DNA from: Octopus sinensis
Taxonomy: Eukaryota
Assembly: GCF_006345805.1 (NCBI RefSeq)
Contig: NC_042997.1
Span: forward strand, 139,376,001 to 139,440,000
DNA length: 64,000 nt
Direction: 5' to 3'
A program made the position numbers and the translations under genes. This document shows positions 1 through 13,915 of the stretch, one piece after another. The notes under the pieces were generated by a model. The model worked only from the letters and a program-made list of their open reading frames with translations, was not told where the DNA came from and did not search any database. Numbering within the stretch: the first letter of the stretch is position 1; the number at the start of each line of letters is the position of its first letter.

Positions 1-189
1 TGTCGACGATGAGTATAAATCATACCAAAGAATCCAGTTATCCTCACGGCATTATACCTGGTAGACGTGCTTGAAGCAGAGTGGATTCCGCTCGTTAAAG
101 ACACTCAACGGCTAAATTTTTCGATCGTTGGCTTGTGTAGCTACAGCCATATTTCCGAAGTTTGGTTTTGGGTGAATAAAGGAACGTGA

Positions 190-1500
190 TACCCCTTTCT
201 GGTAGATTTGATGTTCTCTTTCAGTCACCGCTCAATCTTGCAGACGCTGCTTCCATGGTTCGATTTGTACAGCCGTTCAAGGCCGCAGTTTTCCGCTATC
301 TGCTGTATAGGACACTGCAGAAGCTTCCAATGGCGTCGGCTTTTGAGGTTAGCTCTACATTGCAAGGGCTTCAGACACCTGATTTTCCTCATTTCAACAA
401 GTTCGTATTCGAAAGCAAACCTGAGAACGAAACTGATTTTAAGAGAGGCCTATGCTGCTAGTTATTCTAATTGAGCCTTCTCTGGGGTGAATTTTTCTTG
501 TCTATTGCTTCCGTTGGCTAACCTGAACCACTTTATTGATTACTTTGGTATCCTCTTCTTTAGTTCTTGTATTACCAGTGTCTCTTTGTCTTGGTGTTAT
601 CCTTCGCCACTATCCCTGAGCTCAATCCCTACCTGTTGGTTTGTGTGTATCTTTTCTTTGACATGGAGGTTTTCCAGTGCTACATCTACCACCTGCTGGA
701 TATTCCATTTTCTGCCAGTTTTTAGCTAGTCTAGACTGATCTCACAACCCTGTTTTTCGAGACGTCAAGTACACCTAAAGAACCTCGCGACACACAAGAA
801 CGATGTCAATGTCCGGATAGAACACCAGACATTTTCGTGCGTGTGTGTTTAATTGTTAATTGGGTTACTATAGTTTTAAATGATCTCGTCCGATATCATA
901 TATCAACAGAGATCATATCAGGTTTTAAATCATCATCGCCTAGAGTCAGAAGATTTTGTATTTGCTTGTGAGGTTTATTGCCAGCAAGCTATATCTGCAA
1001 TCTGCTTGACTGCATTAACTACATTTTCCTTCAGTAAAGAGAGATATGTTGCTTTCTTTGATTTGAGGCTCATCATGGACGAATTGAGGGTGTCGGCTAA
1101 CTGATTCAGGGTTTTGCGTGTGTCAACCTCGTTTGTATCATTCAGAAAAGTTTTTAGAGGGGAGACTTGGTATCCACACACGTATACACGCGCGCACACA
1201 CATAAACGCATACACACACGCATCACACACACACATACACACATGTATGTGCGTGCGTGTGTGTCTGTGTATGTATATGTTTTTACATGCGTGCCTCTAT
1301 ATGTAAAATGTGAGCGCACGTGTGTGTGTGTGTGTACTGGCGCATATATTTTTGTGTGACGCATATATCTATTTTTATAGAGGTAGAAAACGATACGCCG
1401 AATTGCAGAAATTTAAAGTATTAAGAAATTTAAAGTATTAAGAAACATGGTACTCTCACCCAGTCACGCACGCACTCAACCAAATCTAGTACATATGTAT
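190..1500. repeat. Diverged duplicated block (partner about 5925-7445); a related segment lies at about 3830-4200; family unassigned
   Basis: Collinear matches 244/5984, 737/6463, 913/6961, 1376/7324 and 1453/7400. Confidence 0.75.
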
Positions 1501-1694
1501 CATCTAACCACGGCAGGGAGCGAATGTATTCTTAAGGTTAACTTTTAGTGACTAGTGATTACTTTTAGGCTTTATCGCTAATTCATTTCACAAACAAATT
1601 GAATGCGAATTTTTTTAGCAATGATGGTCCAGACCTAAGCTATATTTGAAGATAAAATAACTGAGATTTGGTTCTTAGAAAAAAAGTTAGACCA

Positions 1695-2150
1695 AAATAT
1701 GTGAGGCCAAAAATGGGTGAGTAAGATCAAAAATTGACTTTCAATCAAAATATCTCAGTTATTTTGAAAAACTTAATTAATTGGGTTTAGAAGAACGTGC
1801 TGATTGAGAAGAATCTTTTGGTAGAAATCACTTTACAAAAAATTAGCTACGAAAAACGTAATGTAGCTTTTAAGTGACGAAAAAAATTACAAGTAACCCC
1901 TACCCCCCAAAAATGACTTTGAATCAAAATATGTGAGGCCAAAAATGGGTGAGTAAGATCAAAAATTGACTTTCAATCAAAATATCTCAGTTATTTTGAA
2001 AAACTTAATTAATTGGGTTTAGAAGAACGTGCTGATTGAGAAGAATCTTTTGGTAGAAATCACTTTACAAAAAATTAGCTACGAAAAACGTAATGTAGCT
2101 TTTAAGTGACGAAAAAAATTACAAGTAACCCCTACCCCCCAAAAATGACT
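1695..2150. repeat. Tandem duplication with a 232 bp period
   Basis: GTGAGGCCAAAAATGGG at 1701 and 1933; AAATGAC at 1911 and 2143. Confidence 0.95.
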
Positions 2151-2212
2151 ATTGTAAAAGTAAATTGTGCAATAATTGTGATCAAATGAAAGAGCTCTGT
2201 AAAAAAAATGAT

Positions 2213-2444
2213 ATTCTTTTATTCTTTTATACTTTTATTCGTTTCAGTCATTTTGACTGCGGCCATGCTGGAGCGCCGCCTTTAGTCGAGCAAATCGATC
2301 TCAGAACTTATTCTTTGTAAGCCTAGTACTTGTTCTGTCGGTTTCTTATGTCGAACCGCTAAGTTACGGGGACGTAAACACACCAGCATCGGTTGTCAAG
2401 CGATGTTGAGGGGGACACACTCATACAAACATATACACACACAC

Positions 2445-2540
<96 letters not shown>

Positions 2541-2703
2541 GACAGGCTTCTTTCAGTTTCCGTCTACCAAATCCAGTCACAAAGCTTTGGTCGGCCGAGG
2601 GCTATAGTAGAAAACACTTGCCCAAGGTGCCACGCAGTGGGACTGAACTTGGAACTATGCGGTTGGTTAGCAAGCTACTGACCACACAGCCACACCTGCG
2701 CCT
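2213..2703 (-). mobile_element. tRNA-headed SINE family 1 (head - internal microsatellite - tail), full length
   Basis: Box A TGGCTGTGTGG and box B GTTCAGTCCC, central (TA)n(TG)n, tail GCTCCAGCATGGCCGCAGTC..(AAAAGAAT)n. Confidence 0.8.
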
Positions 2704-3104
2704 ATATGGTGAAAACCTCTTCAAAAAATATTTGATATAAATATGTGGTGTGGCTTTAAGTTACGAAAACAGAGGTGATCATTTTAACAAATCAAAATAT
2801 TTTTGTCATTTTAAGATATTTAGGATTTTGAGATATTTAACGGTATTTATTGTCTCGGTAGCTTAGTTTGATGGTACAAGGCACTTATCCAGAATTTGTA
2901 TCCAGAAATTTATAGGCACTGGCATATCGCAATTTACGTCAATATCTGATTCCAGTTATATGCGGCTAAACCCGTGAAAACGATGTAACACGAGAATAAA
3001 TACATTTCTAAAATTTCCTTAGGTTAATATCAGTTTTGATAGACGATTTTACATATTTTCATGCGTATTTTATTTGATTTTCCACTTCAGTATAAGTATT
3101 TATG

Positions 3105-3335
3105 TGGAGACTCGTGGCTAGGGTGTCAGCATCATGATCGTAAGATTGGGGTTTCGATTCCTGGACTGGGCGACGCGTTGTGTTCTTGAGCAAAACACTT
3201 CATTTCACGTTGCTCCAGTCTACTCAGCTGGCAAAAATGAGTAACGCTGCGATGGACTGGTGAACACATACGCCATTGAAACCGGGAAACCGGGCCTATG
3301 AGGCCTGGATAAGCTTTAAAAGGACGCATTTATTT
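3105..3335 (+). mobile_element. tRNA-headed SINE family 2 (CORE/Meta-like central block); other copies at about 8230-8530 (-), 20500-20712 (-), 59130-59300 (+) and 59590-59900 (+)
   Basis: GTTTCGATTCC box B followed by TTGTGTTCTTGAGCAAAACACTTCATTTCACGTTGCTCCAGTCTACTCAGCTG. Confidence 0.7.
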
Positions 3336-6300
3336 ATTTAGTATTTTTGCTTTTATTTTTGCTGTTTTTTGTTTTTTATTGTCGTTGTCACTAAATACAA
3401 TTCTTCACGTCGCATCCTCTTATTACACCAGCTACTCCTGTTCCAAACAGTTTGCTTCTGTCATTATTTAGTATTACTTTCCAATAATGCCACAATTGTA
3501 TACATTTTCTCCAAATAATTTCGCACAAAAATATAAACCGACTCAAACAGAAATATTGTTTCACGGGTTAATCAGTGAGAAAAAGTGAATCAAATCCCTT
3601 GATATTTTACAGAATGAAACTAGTAACAAATAGTGGGGTTCGAATTCATATGTTTGGTTTGTTCTCGTAGAAAGCATAAGAGTCAGGTTAGAGATCTTAT
3701 CACAGGCTGATGAGACCTGCTACTGCTACCATGTAAACAAGTACTGCCCGTTCCATGGTCGAGTGGTCGAAAATACTTTTGTTGTAGCGTCATCAACGCG
3801 CTGCAAGGCGTAAAATGCATGACAACGATGAGAAGAAAGCACACCAAAAAATCCAGTTATCCTCAAGGCATTATACCTAGAAGCAGATTGGACTCCCCTC
3901 GTTAAAGGCATTCAACAGCTAAATGTTTGTTGGCCTGCATTGTTACAGTCATCTTACTGAAGTTGGGTTTGGTTGAATAAAGGAATTTGATAACCACTAG
4001 CTTTATATGTGGTTCATACTGTAACGTTGAGTCATCCGGCAAATCTTCGAGTGGAATATTCAAGTGTTGTTTGAATGCGTGTACATTCACTTCACTTATA
4101 TTTTCCTTATACTTTTTATGTTGGTGGGGTAAAGGTTTTTCTGAGATATTGACAAATGTGGGCCTAAGAACCATAAGCTATTGAAATATGTCTTCCTAAT
4201 TCAAAATGGAATGGGATGGGTTGGGAAATCTTGTACAATGCAGTGACGCCTAGTTTGGGGCTTTGCACAGCTCTTGGACCTTAAGTTTAGTGCCAACCCG
4301 TACAATATCTTTTGTGTGTGTGTGTGTGTGTAACTCTCCTGTCTTCTCTTTTAGAACAGCTCATCTACAGATTACAGATGACCGTCTACTTGTAGGAGTA
4401 CTGGATTGCTTCAACTGACACACCCAGTTCAACAAGATGTGACGATGATAATGCTAGTCGTCTGAGAATAAATATCTTCCATATGTTGAAGTGTGCTGCG
4501 TGGTCTTCAGCTAAAGAGCTACATTACACAGTTCAATAAACAGTGGGGAATTGTATGGGATATTGCGTGAAAATCTGAAGAAATTGCACTTTGCACCTCT
4601 CCTCTCTATTTCTGTGCGATTACGATTGCAGACATTGATGGTGACATCAACAAAAGCACACAAGGTGGGCTCTATCAGAGCGTGACAGCTGCTGTTCCTT
4701 TGCACATACTGCTGTTGACTAATTGCTCAATATTTATTTCAGAATATATATTGATTATCACTTCAATATATGTGTTTTAGATTTTGTTGTTTTTGTTTTG
4801 TTTGGGGGAGTTTTGTGGGGGTCGTTGTTGTTGCCACATGAACTGAGACTTAATTATTCATGTTTAAATACCGTAACAGAACAATATTGTTGATTATTAT
4901 CTTTATCAACCCTAAACATAATTGATTTGTAGTCTGAAGAAGACGGCTAATTATTGTTGATATTGTCGTTGTTTAACTACATGGTACTCTTGATTGAACA
5001 GACCTATGATCAAAGGCCTTCTAGTCACGATCAACTCATTATTGATGGTCCTTCTGTTCGCTTTTCTTTTTTTTTTTTTTGATATGCTTCTATTTTTAAT
5101 GAGCCGTGGGCCAATACAGAGGCTTCCTTGTTGGATCAACGAATAATTCCTTAGGAGAGAGATGTAGTCAACTAAATAAATTTCCAAATATTACTAATGT
5201 TACATGGTTTAGGAATAGAAGAGCTGTGTCACCTGTTGACTTCAATGTGAAATTTTCAGTTTCTCTTTTCTCTCACCTTTCTTTCTGCATAAGATAGTAA
5301 GAAACTCTGAGAAGAGCTGAACAACATAGTGTCTTCAGAGAAGAAGCTTTCCCTCATGCAAGTACCTCAGCCCATTTCTCCTTAAGATCTCAGAAGGAAT
5401 GACAGTATCTAAACCATGTCTCCTGCACAGTTTTCAGCTTCCATCTTCCGCTCCACTGACTGGGTTCAAGTCGGCATCCACCAGAATGGTCAGGTTCCAC
5501 AAAACTGAGTCGTTTTTGTCACGGATGTCTTATCAGTGGTAAATAGGTGAAATTATGTCTTCTGAAGTTTACTTTCGTTACTCCTAGACCAGATCTAGTT
5601 GGTACTGTTTTCGATTGCTTCAGTCATTTTGTTTTAGAGCTTTGGTCCTCTGCTTTCTAGAAATTGAAAGCCATTTCATGTGATCATAGACAAATTTCCT
5701 TACAACTCCTGCACCTGCTCTAACCTCTATTTTGAGGACTTTGACTTAGAATCTGGATTCTCTTAAGCTACTAAACTGACTGGCATAAACATCAATTTTG
5801 TAGACGTGGATCCGTCCATCCTGCTTTCCTATAGCACAATTAATTTCAGTCACAATCATTTCTATTGTTGAATAGAAGTAGAGTATTATGTTCTGCCTCA
5901 TCCACTCTGGCTTTTGATTTCTGAGTATTTTTTTCCTTTCTGGAGGATCTGATGTGTTCTAGTCATTCACTCAATCATGCAGACGCTACTTCCATGGTCC
6001 GATTTGCACAGTTGTTCAAGGTTGCAATTTTCCGCCACATGCTGTGTAGGGCACTGCTGGAGCTTCCGGCGGCGTGAACTTTTGGGGTTAGCTCTACATT
6101 GCAAGGGAGTGAGACATCTGATTTCCCTCATTTCAACAAGTTCGTATTCGTAAGCAAACCAGAGAATGAAATTGATTTAAAGTCATTCTAGCTGAGCCTA
6201 ATTTGGAGGGTGGGGGTGAACGTTACTCGTCTATTGCCTTTGTTGACCTAGCTGAACCATCTTCTAGATTACTCTGGTATCCTCCTATTTCTTTGGTTCC

Positions 6301-6547
6301 TATATTGTTTCCATTTTAATTTTCGCCACTGATTCACTAAGCTCAATCCCTACCAATTGGTTTGTGCATATTTTGTTATTTCTCTGATTTGAGGATTTCC
6401 TTTACTACATCTACCGCCTCCTGGGTATTCCAGTTTCTGCTGGTTTTCGGCTTGTTCTAGATTGATCTCACAACCTTGTCTTTCGAGACGTCAAGTATAC
6501 TTACAGGACTTCGATGTTGAACTTTAGCAGTAAATTCAACTTTTTCT

Positions 6548-6590
<43 letters not shown>

Positions 6591-6592
6591 GT

Positions 6593-6688
<96 letters not shown>

Positions 6689-6853
6689 GTGGCTGTGTGG
6701 TAAGAAATTTGCATCCCAATCACATGGCTCCAAAAAAGCCTTTTGAGTGGAGTTGGTAAACGGAAACTGAAAGAAGCCTACCGTGTTTAGATAGATACAT
6801 ACATACATAGGCAGACAGACAGACGGACAGACGGACGGACAGACAGACAGACA

Positions 6854-6887
<34 letters not shown>

Positions 6888-7715
6888 TAATTTCTGCCAC
6901 TACCGGTTTCCGAGATCACATATCAATTCTAGGTTGCTGGTATCATGCATCAACATAGATCATATCAGGTTTTAGATCATCATGACCTACAGTCAGAAGA
7001 GTTTCTATTTGCTGGTGAGGTCACATTGTTTTATCGCCAGGAAGTTACCTCCGCTATCTGCTTGACCGCAATAAGAAGTTTTCTTTTCTGTAAAGAGAGA
7101 TTTGTTGATTTCTTTGGTTCGAGGCTCATCTTAGAGGATCTTGACTAATTCAGATTTTTTTTTTTTTGCGTGTGTCATCCTCATATGTGTCATTCATAGA
7201 AGTTCTTAGAAGGGTTACTTGGAATGCACGCAAGTATATATACATTCATATGTGCGCGTGTGCATGCATTTATGTATATATGGTGTGTATGTAATGACGT
7301 ATGTGTCTGTGTGTGTCTATTTTTATAGAGATAGAAAACGATACGCCGGATTTGCGTCCTTCAGTCCTGCAGAAATTTAAAGTATTAAGAAAAGGGGTGC
7401 TCTCATCAAGTCATGCACACATTCAACCTAAACTAGTACGTATATGTATTTATATATGTGTGTTTGTGAATGTATATCAAAGAGGGAGAGGGAGAGAGAG
7501 AGAGAGAGTGAGAGAGCGAGCGAGTGAATACATATACGATCGAACGCGCGTGAGAGTGTATAAATATATATTATGTATATATGTGTGTATGCATGTATCT
7601 ACCATGTATTCACGCATATATATATACATGTAATGTAGGATAAAAATTTTTTCGGGAAAAAATTTTTATCAATGGCCAGCATATCAAAAAATGCCTTTAA
7701 AGGTTAAATTTATAA

Positions 7716-8157
7716 ATAATTTACAAGATAAGGGCAAAAGAAAAATTCTAATGCCAAATATGCCGAAAAAAAGAAAAAACTTTTCAATAACCATTATAAT
7801 TTATGCGTCTCGAAACAAACCGATAGAAATCTCTAAAAAATTCGTTATTACCGTATTGGTCCAATTTCGCGGTTAATTAATAAATTTTCCCCTCTTCAGC
7901 GGCAAATACGCGAGATATAAGTGAAATACTTACTCATACTTGCGTATTAAGTATTTCACTTATATCTCGCGTATTTGCCGCTGAAGAGGGAAAATTTATT
8001 AATTAACCCCGAAATTGGACCAATACGGTAATAACGAATTTTTTACAGATTTCTATCGGTTTGTTTCGAGACGCATAAATTATAATGGTTATTGAAAAGT
8101 TTTTTTCTTTTTTTCGGCATATTTGGCATTAGAATTTTTATTTTGCCCTTATCTTGT

Positions 8158-8164
<7 letters not shown>
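7716..8164. repeat. Near-perfect palindrome, ~217 bp arms with a 15 nt loop
   Basis: ..GAGATATAAGTGAAATACTTA-ctcatacttgcgtat-TAAGTATTTCACTTATATCTC..; only a few mismatches along the arms. Confidence 0.95.
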
Positions 8165-8225
<61 letters not shown>

Positions 8226-8629
8226 TATATGAGACCCATTCGGTCATGGGATTGCACCGAGAAAGTTACCCTCCCAGGCACAATTCCGGGCAAGGCTGTT
8301 TATAGAAGACCAGCCTCCCTAACCACGCCACCAGTGTTATCCAAGGGAAAGGCAAAGGCCGATACAGCTTGGCACCTGTGACGTCGCAGCTCATTTGTAC
8401 AGCTGAGTGAACTGGAGCAACGTGAAATAAAGTGTCTTGCTCAAGAACACAATACCCAGCCCAGTCCGGGATTCGAACTCACAACATCACGATCGTAAGC
8501 TCGATGCTCTAACCACTGAGCCATGCGCCTCATTATATATATATACACACACACACATACACACACACATACATACATACATACATACATACATACATAC
8601 ATACATACATACATACATACATACATACA

Positions 8630-8664
<35 letters not shown>

Positions 8665-8966
8665 GTATGTTTGTATCTTCGTATGTGTGTGTTTCTTTTG
8701 ACTATTCTTTCAAACGTGTAACTTGTTTATCGAGTTTGAAAAGGAAAAAAAAACATCAAATTTGAAATAACAATCGAAATATTTGTGTTTAAATTGATGT
8801 TTAAATGAATAACTATGGCGTGAAAGAGATAACATGAACAATGTATGTGTACAAAGTTGGTGGAAAGTCGACATTATACGCGTTTTGTATTGTTTGACTT
8901 TTTCCCATGTCAGTTTTGTTAAACTTATGTTTCAAATGCCTCGGTGCATACGTATATATATATACG

Positions 8967-9030
<64 letters not shown>

Positions 9031-9076
9031 TATATACACATATATACATATATATATATACATATATATATATGTA

Positions 9077-9132
<56 letters not shown>

Positions 9133-9917
9133 ATAGAGAGAGAGGAGAGAGAGAGAGAGAGAGACGTGGCTGTGTGGTAAGAAATTTGCATCCAAATCAC
9201 ATGGCTCCAAAAAAGCCTTTTGAGTGGACTTGGTAGACGGAAACTGAAAGAAGCCTACCGTGTTTAGATAGATAGATACATAGACAGACAGACAGACAGT
9301 CAGACAGACAGACAGACAGACAGACGGACGGACAGACAGACAGATAGACAGACAGTCAGACAGACAGGCAGAGAGACAGGTAGGTAGGTAGGTAGGTAGG
9401 TAGGTAGGTAGGCAGGTAGGCAGGTAGGTAGGTAGGTAGGTAGGTAAGTAGGTAGGTATTGACCATATCGCGCTTACGAGGTGGTTGGCGGGCAATTTGA
9501 ATCTGGCCTTGTACATACGTGCATATATGTATGTATGGACGTTCGTATATGTAAGTATAACGTGTGTTCTGTATATATATATTTGTATTTATGTGCCCAT
9601 CTGCTATATTCAACTGATGAAAGCAGAGCTTATTTGAAGCAAAGCTAGATTATTTAAAGCGATATCCAGGATCTTGAATTATCCAGTAATATCTTTTTGC
9701 TAGTTTATTTTGTCTCTCTGTCTTATATCGTGGTGCGATATGAACATTTTAGGTGGTTTTTGGAGTCAGGGATTTGATTGCTATTTCGGCATGGTGGTGT
9801 CTCTTAGATACCCTTATTTATAGTTGTAAAAAATTATTACCTCTGTATGGTATTTATTCCCATGCTGGCCACTTGATAATATTGATATTTAAATATCGAT
9901 ATTGTCCTTATTTATAA

Positions 9918-10032
<115 letters not shown>

Positions 10033-10083
10033 GGCAGAAAATGTATAGGTTGTAAAATTGCAAATGACCCAACCATATTATTT

Positions 10084-10932
10084 TACATGGAAAAATGCGA
10101 GCATGAGAAATAATATTCTTAAGATTATAAACCTGGAAAAGTGCAGGACAAATTTTTACACTTGGAAAAGTTCAGGACAAGTTGCTTTATATGGTAAAGT
10201 ACAGAACAAGAAAATTTTTACTTAAAATATTACAGCTAAGGATAAAATTTCAAATAAAATATTTAGTTTTGGAAAATATTAGCTTTTATTAAAACTAAAA
10301 ATTTTATCACAAGTTATTACTTTTATTTGTTATTACTTGTTACTTCTATTAAAAAATTAAAATAAGTCAAAATATTTTTTGCACTTTAAAAAACTTAATT
10401 ATTAATTAATAATTAGAAATTTGAAAATAGTTTATAAAAAATAATAGTAGAACATAGTTGGTTAGTACAATAAATAGAATAATACAAAAATTAGTTATAT
10501 ATTACAGTAAAATCTACCTATAACAACAAATTCATCGTAAAATTTTCTTGAGTTATTGCCTAAGTTATTGCCAAGTCTTCACATTTTTAGTCTTCAATTT
10601 ACCTCCATATATACCATTCTACTTTGCATAAAACTTTAGCTATATTGGTACTTCTGGCTCTCACTTTTTAAGTATTCTAGTGTGTCACTATTTTAATAAA
10701 ATGATGGTACCTTTTTTAATTATAATGTTACTTTGTAAATTAAAATCAAATAATTTTTAATACTCAAATTTTATCCTTAGCTGCAATATTTCAAGTAAAA
10801 ACTTTCTTGTTCTGTACTTTACCAGATGTAATAACTTGTCCTGAACATTTCCAAGTGTAATAACTTCTCCTATACTTTTCCAGGTTTATAATCTTAAGAA
10901 TATTATTTTTCTTGCTCACATTTTCCCATGTA
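10084..10932. repeat. Long imperfect inverted repeat (~175 bp arms, ~490 bp AT-rich spacer) with internal subrepeats; foldback/MITE-like
   Basis: AATATTCTTAAGATTATAAACCTGGAAAAGT at about 10113 versus ACTTTTCCAGGTTTATAATCTTAAGAATATT at about 10874. Confidence 0.8.
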
Positions 10933-11595
10933 ATCCATGTTTTTTTCTAGGCTATGTTACTATGCTAATTAATAATTTGTCAATTAGCGGTGTCGTTGAT
11001 ACATTTTCCTTAACTCAATGATGCGGGTGACATATATTAAAAGTCCCCTTATAGAACTATATTCATAAAACAGTATAGAACTATATTATCACACTCAAAT
11101 TTGAGAAACAAACACACATAGCTTTTTCTTTTAAAACTACCATAAAATTCCTCGAATTGAGCTCTGTTATTTAAGCTTAATTAAAATATAGTTTGTTTTT
11201 AAAATAAAAAAGTTAATTATATTTAAATCCAATTTTTTGCCTTATATTTTTCTTCATGATATTTTACCTCACAAATTTTTTATACAAATTTTTGTTGCAT
11301 GGGACCAAAACTATGAAATTCTACATGCTTTCTTCTATCACTGAAGCTATGATAAATATATTTTGCTTTTAAAATACAAAAAGTTATTTAGATCTAAACT
11401 CTACAAATTTTGATGTAAACTTTTTTCTACTGGACCAAGTCTTAATTTTTTTCATGCCAAAATATAGCTAGGGACCAGTCCTCTTTGAAAATGTTACGGT
11501 TTTCAATTTGGTTAAGAACTGAATTAGCGACAAGCTCTGAAAGTTACTGCAAATTGTGGCCTTAAGAATATTACTGAACTACTACCGTAGTTGAA

Positions 11596-11637
<42 letters not shown>

Positions 11638-11959
11638 TAATGCTTCAACAAGCAAAAAAGCACTCGGCCAGCTAAAAGAGTAAAGATAATCTTAAACTAA
11701 AACACCACAAAGCTTGTAAATACAGCTACCCAGGGTTTCCTGGTCGAAATACTAATTTAATCCGCCATTTATCAAGCTGCAAACAAGACCGTTGGCCAGT
11801 TGTCTTTTGAGCTGCTGACGCTTAGACAAGAGACGCTTGCAAAAAAGAAGACAAGAAAAAAAACACAAGGGAAATAACCAACGTTACAATAATTCGATAT
11901 CAAGCAGACGTTAACCAGATGTTAATGGTTTACTAAGTGTCCAGTGGTCAGCTTTTAAA

Positions 11960-12775
11960 TTCCGACAATATGTATTTTTTGAACTGCAGACATATAGAAA
12001 AAATTTCGTTCCTCGAATTCATGTATTTGCTAGAGGTTCTCAAGTTTTAAGAGATACAGTTTTTTAAGCATTTTTTAGACCCGTTAATATAGAGTCTGGA
12101 TTTGGAGAGAATTCTCCATTTGGTATCGAACTGATCCCTTCGTCTTTAAGTTTCCAGATTAAACACAAACTTGTTGTTGAATCTCTTTTATCACGACACC
12201 TAAAATTCGAAAGATGGTTGTTATATCTAGATATAAATTTTCCTTCCGCGGCTCCGATATAACGTTTGATATATGTACGACCATAACCGCAACTTGCTGA
12301 AACGTGTACTTCATAACCAACCGAAGATAAATAGCACTCCTGTCCCTGATGACATTTAGATCTGTCTCTACATGTACATCTGGGGAAGACTTGAGCCGTC
12401 CGTTGCTTATTAATATAGCATTAGGAAGACAAGAAAAGGCAACATTTATCGTGTGACTGTTGAAGATTTTATTGTATCTATAGATTTTAGAAAAGTGTGA
12501 TATCTACTGAGCGCAAGAAGTGTCTACCTACATTAAAAGAGAAGAGGGGCTAACCATAAAACTTCCCCAGACCTATTCTTACATCTAGATTATAGAGGAG
12601 GTGGAGGTTACAGAAGATTTTATCAGTAAATCCGGTATCTTGTGTTTAGAATTAAATTTTTTAATACAATTAGCTTTCAGTTTGATAGATGGCTGAATAA
12701 ATTAGTTTTGACCAGGAAACCCTGGGTAGCTGTATTTAACATGATGTGTGGTTTTATTATTTAAAGATTTTAAAT
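11960..12775 (-). mobile_element. Penelope-like element 3' fragment (GIY-YIG region), decayed
   Basis: Broken frames give KRYIGAAEGKFISRYNNH, IWKLKDEG, KWRILSKS and NSRNEIFS. Confidence 0.75.
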
Positions 12776-12789
12776 AGATAGATAGATAT

Positions 12790-12909
<120 letters not shown>

Positions 12910-13119
12910 TCATAGACACACACACACGGCAGAAAAGTTCATATGCTGATTATGAAGTGATGTTACAGCTGTGAAATCTTGCATGCATTCATTTCAACTC
13001 CTACAAATAATTGCATTGTTTCTTTCCAGGTAAACTGATATTTGACCCTTCAAAGAAGACTTCAAAAGTAACCACTAGTGACTTCTCTTGAAAATCGACA
13101 AAATTTGGAATTGTAGGGT

Positions 13120-13430
13120 TATCAAGTACCTACAGAAAAACGGTTTAGCCCCCACGACATTCAAGCTTACATGGTTGCTACATCAAGGAATGACGCTCAA
13201 GGTTTATCAACAGTGTAAAAGTGAGCAACTGTATGTAGGAGAAGAGAGAGTCTTGTAGATGATCCAAGGTCTGGACATCATCCAACTGTGACCACCGAAA
13301 AGGTTTCTGCTCAGTGAGTGCCACGTCTTCTGACACCTGATCAAAAGCACACCAGGCTGATTACATCACAGGAAAACCTCACATTGTTTCATGTAGATCA
13401 AGCTGGTTCTTTGAACATTTCCTAAGCCAA
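13120..13430 (+). mobile_element. mariner-like transposase fragment
   Basis: Translates to GEESLVDDPRSG and KVSAQ*VPRLLTPDQK (family motifs EDDPRSGRP and WVPRLLT). Confidence 0.7.
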
Positions 13431-13768
13431 ATCATAACGAAAGAATTAATTAAATAAAATTCAACACTTAATATGAAATATTGAAATAAAGACAGAAATA
13501 ACTTCACAAACTTTTAAATTTTTACAGACTTATTGGGAAAAACGTACAAAATAGTAAAACACGTAGAAAATAGTAAAAATACTTTGTTTCATTTCTAGGT
13601 TTTTATGTATGCATGTATGTATGTATATATATGTATATAAGTATATACACATGTAAAAATTTATATGATATATATACAGCTACACACAGATACACGCACA
13701 CATACGTTCACACACATATACACACCCACCTACACACACACACACACACACACACAACACACACACAC

Positions 13769-13825
<57 letters not shown>

Positions 13826-13839
13826 ATATATATATATAT

Positions 13840-13915
13840 ATAAGTAGTTGAATGAATTATCCTAGTATGGATAATTCGGTTAACCGATACCCGGGTAGCA
13901 AATTCACGTCAGAAT
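13840..13915. repeat. ~70 bp dispersed repeat between TA tracts (partner about 40995-41065)
   Basis: GGATAATTCG..TAACCGATACC(C/T)GGGTAGCAAATTCAC is present in both. Confidence 0.6.

Noticed and set aside
4928-4981. Hammerhead-like tgtagt-CTGAAGA..actaca with paired stems I and II
   Set aside because: The essential GAAA segment is absent; at best a deleted fossil.
9608-9640. ttcaa-CTGATGA-AAGC aga GCTT-at-ttgaa
   Set aside because: No GAAA and no NUH site; may be chance.
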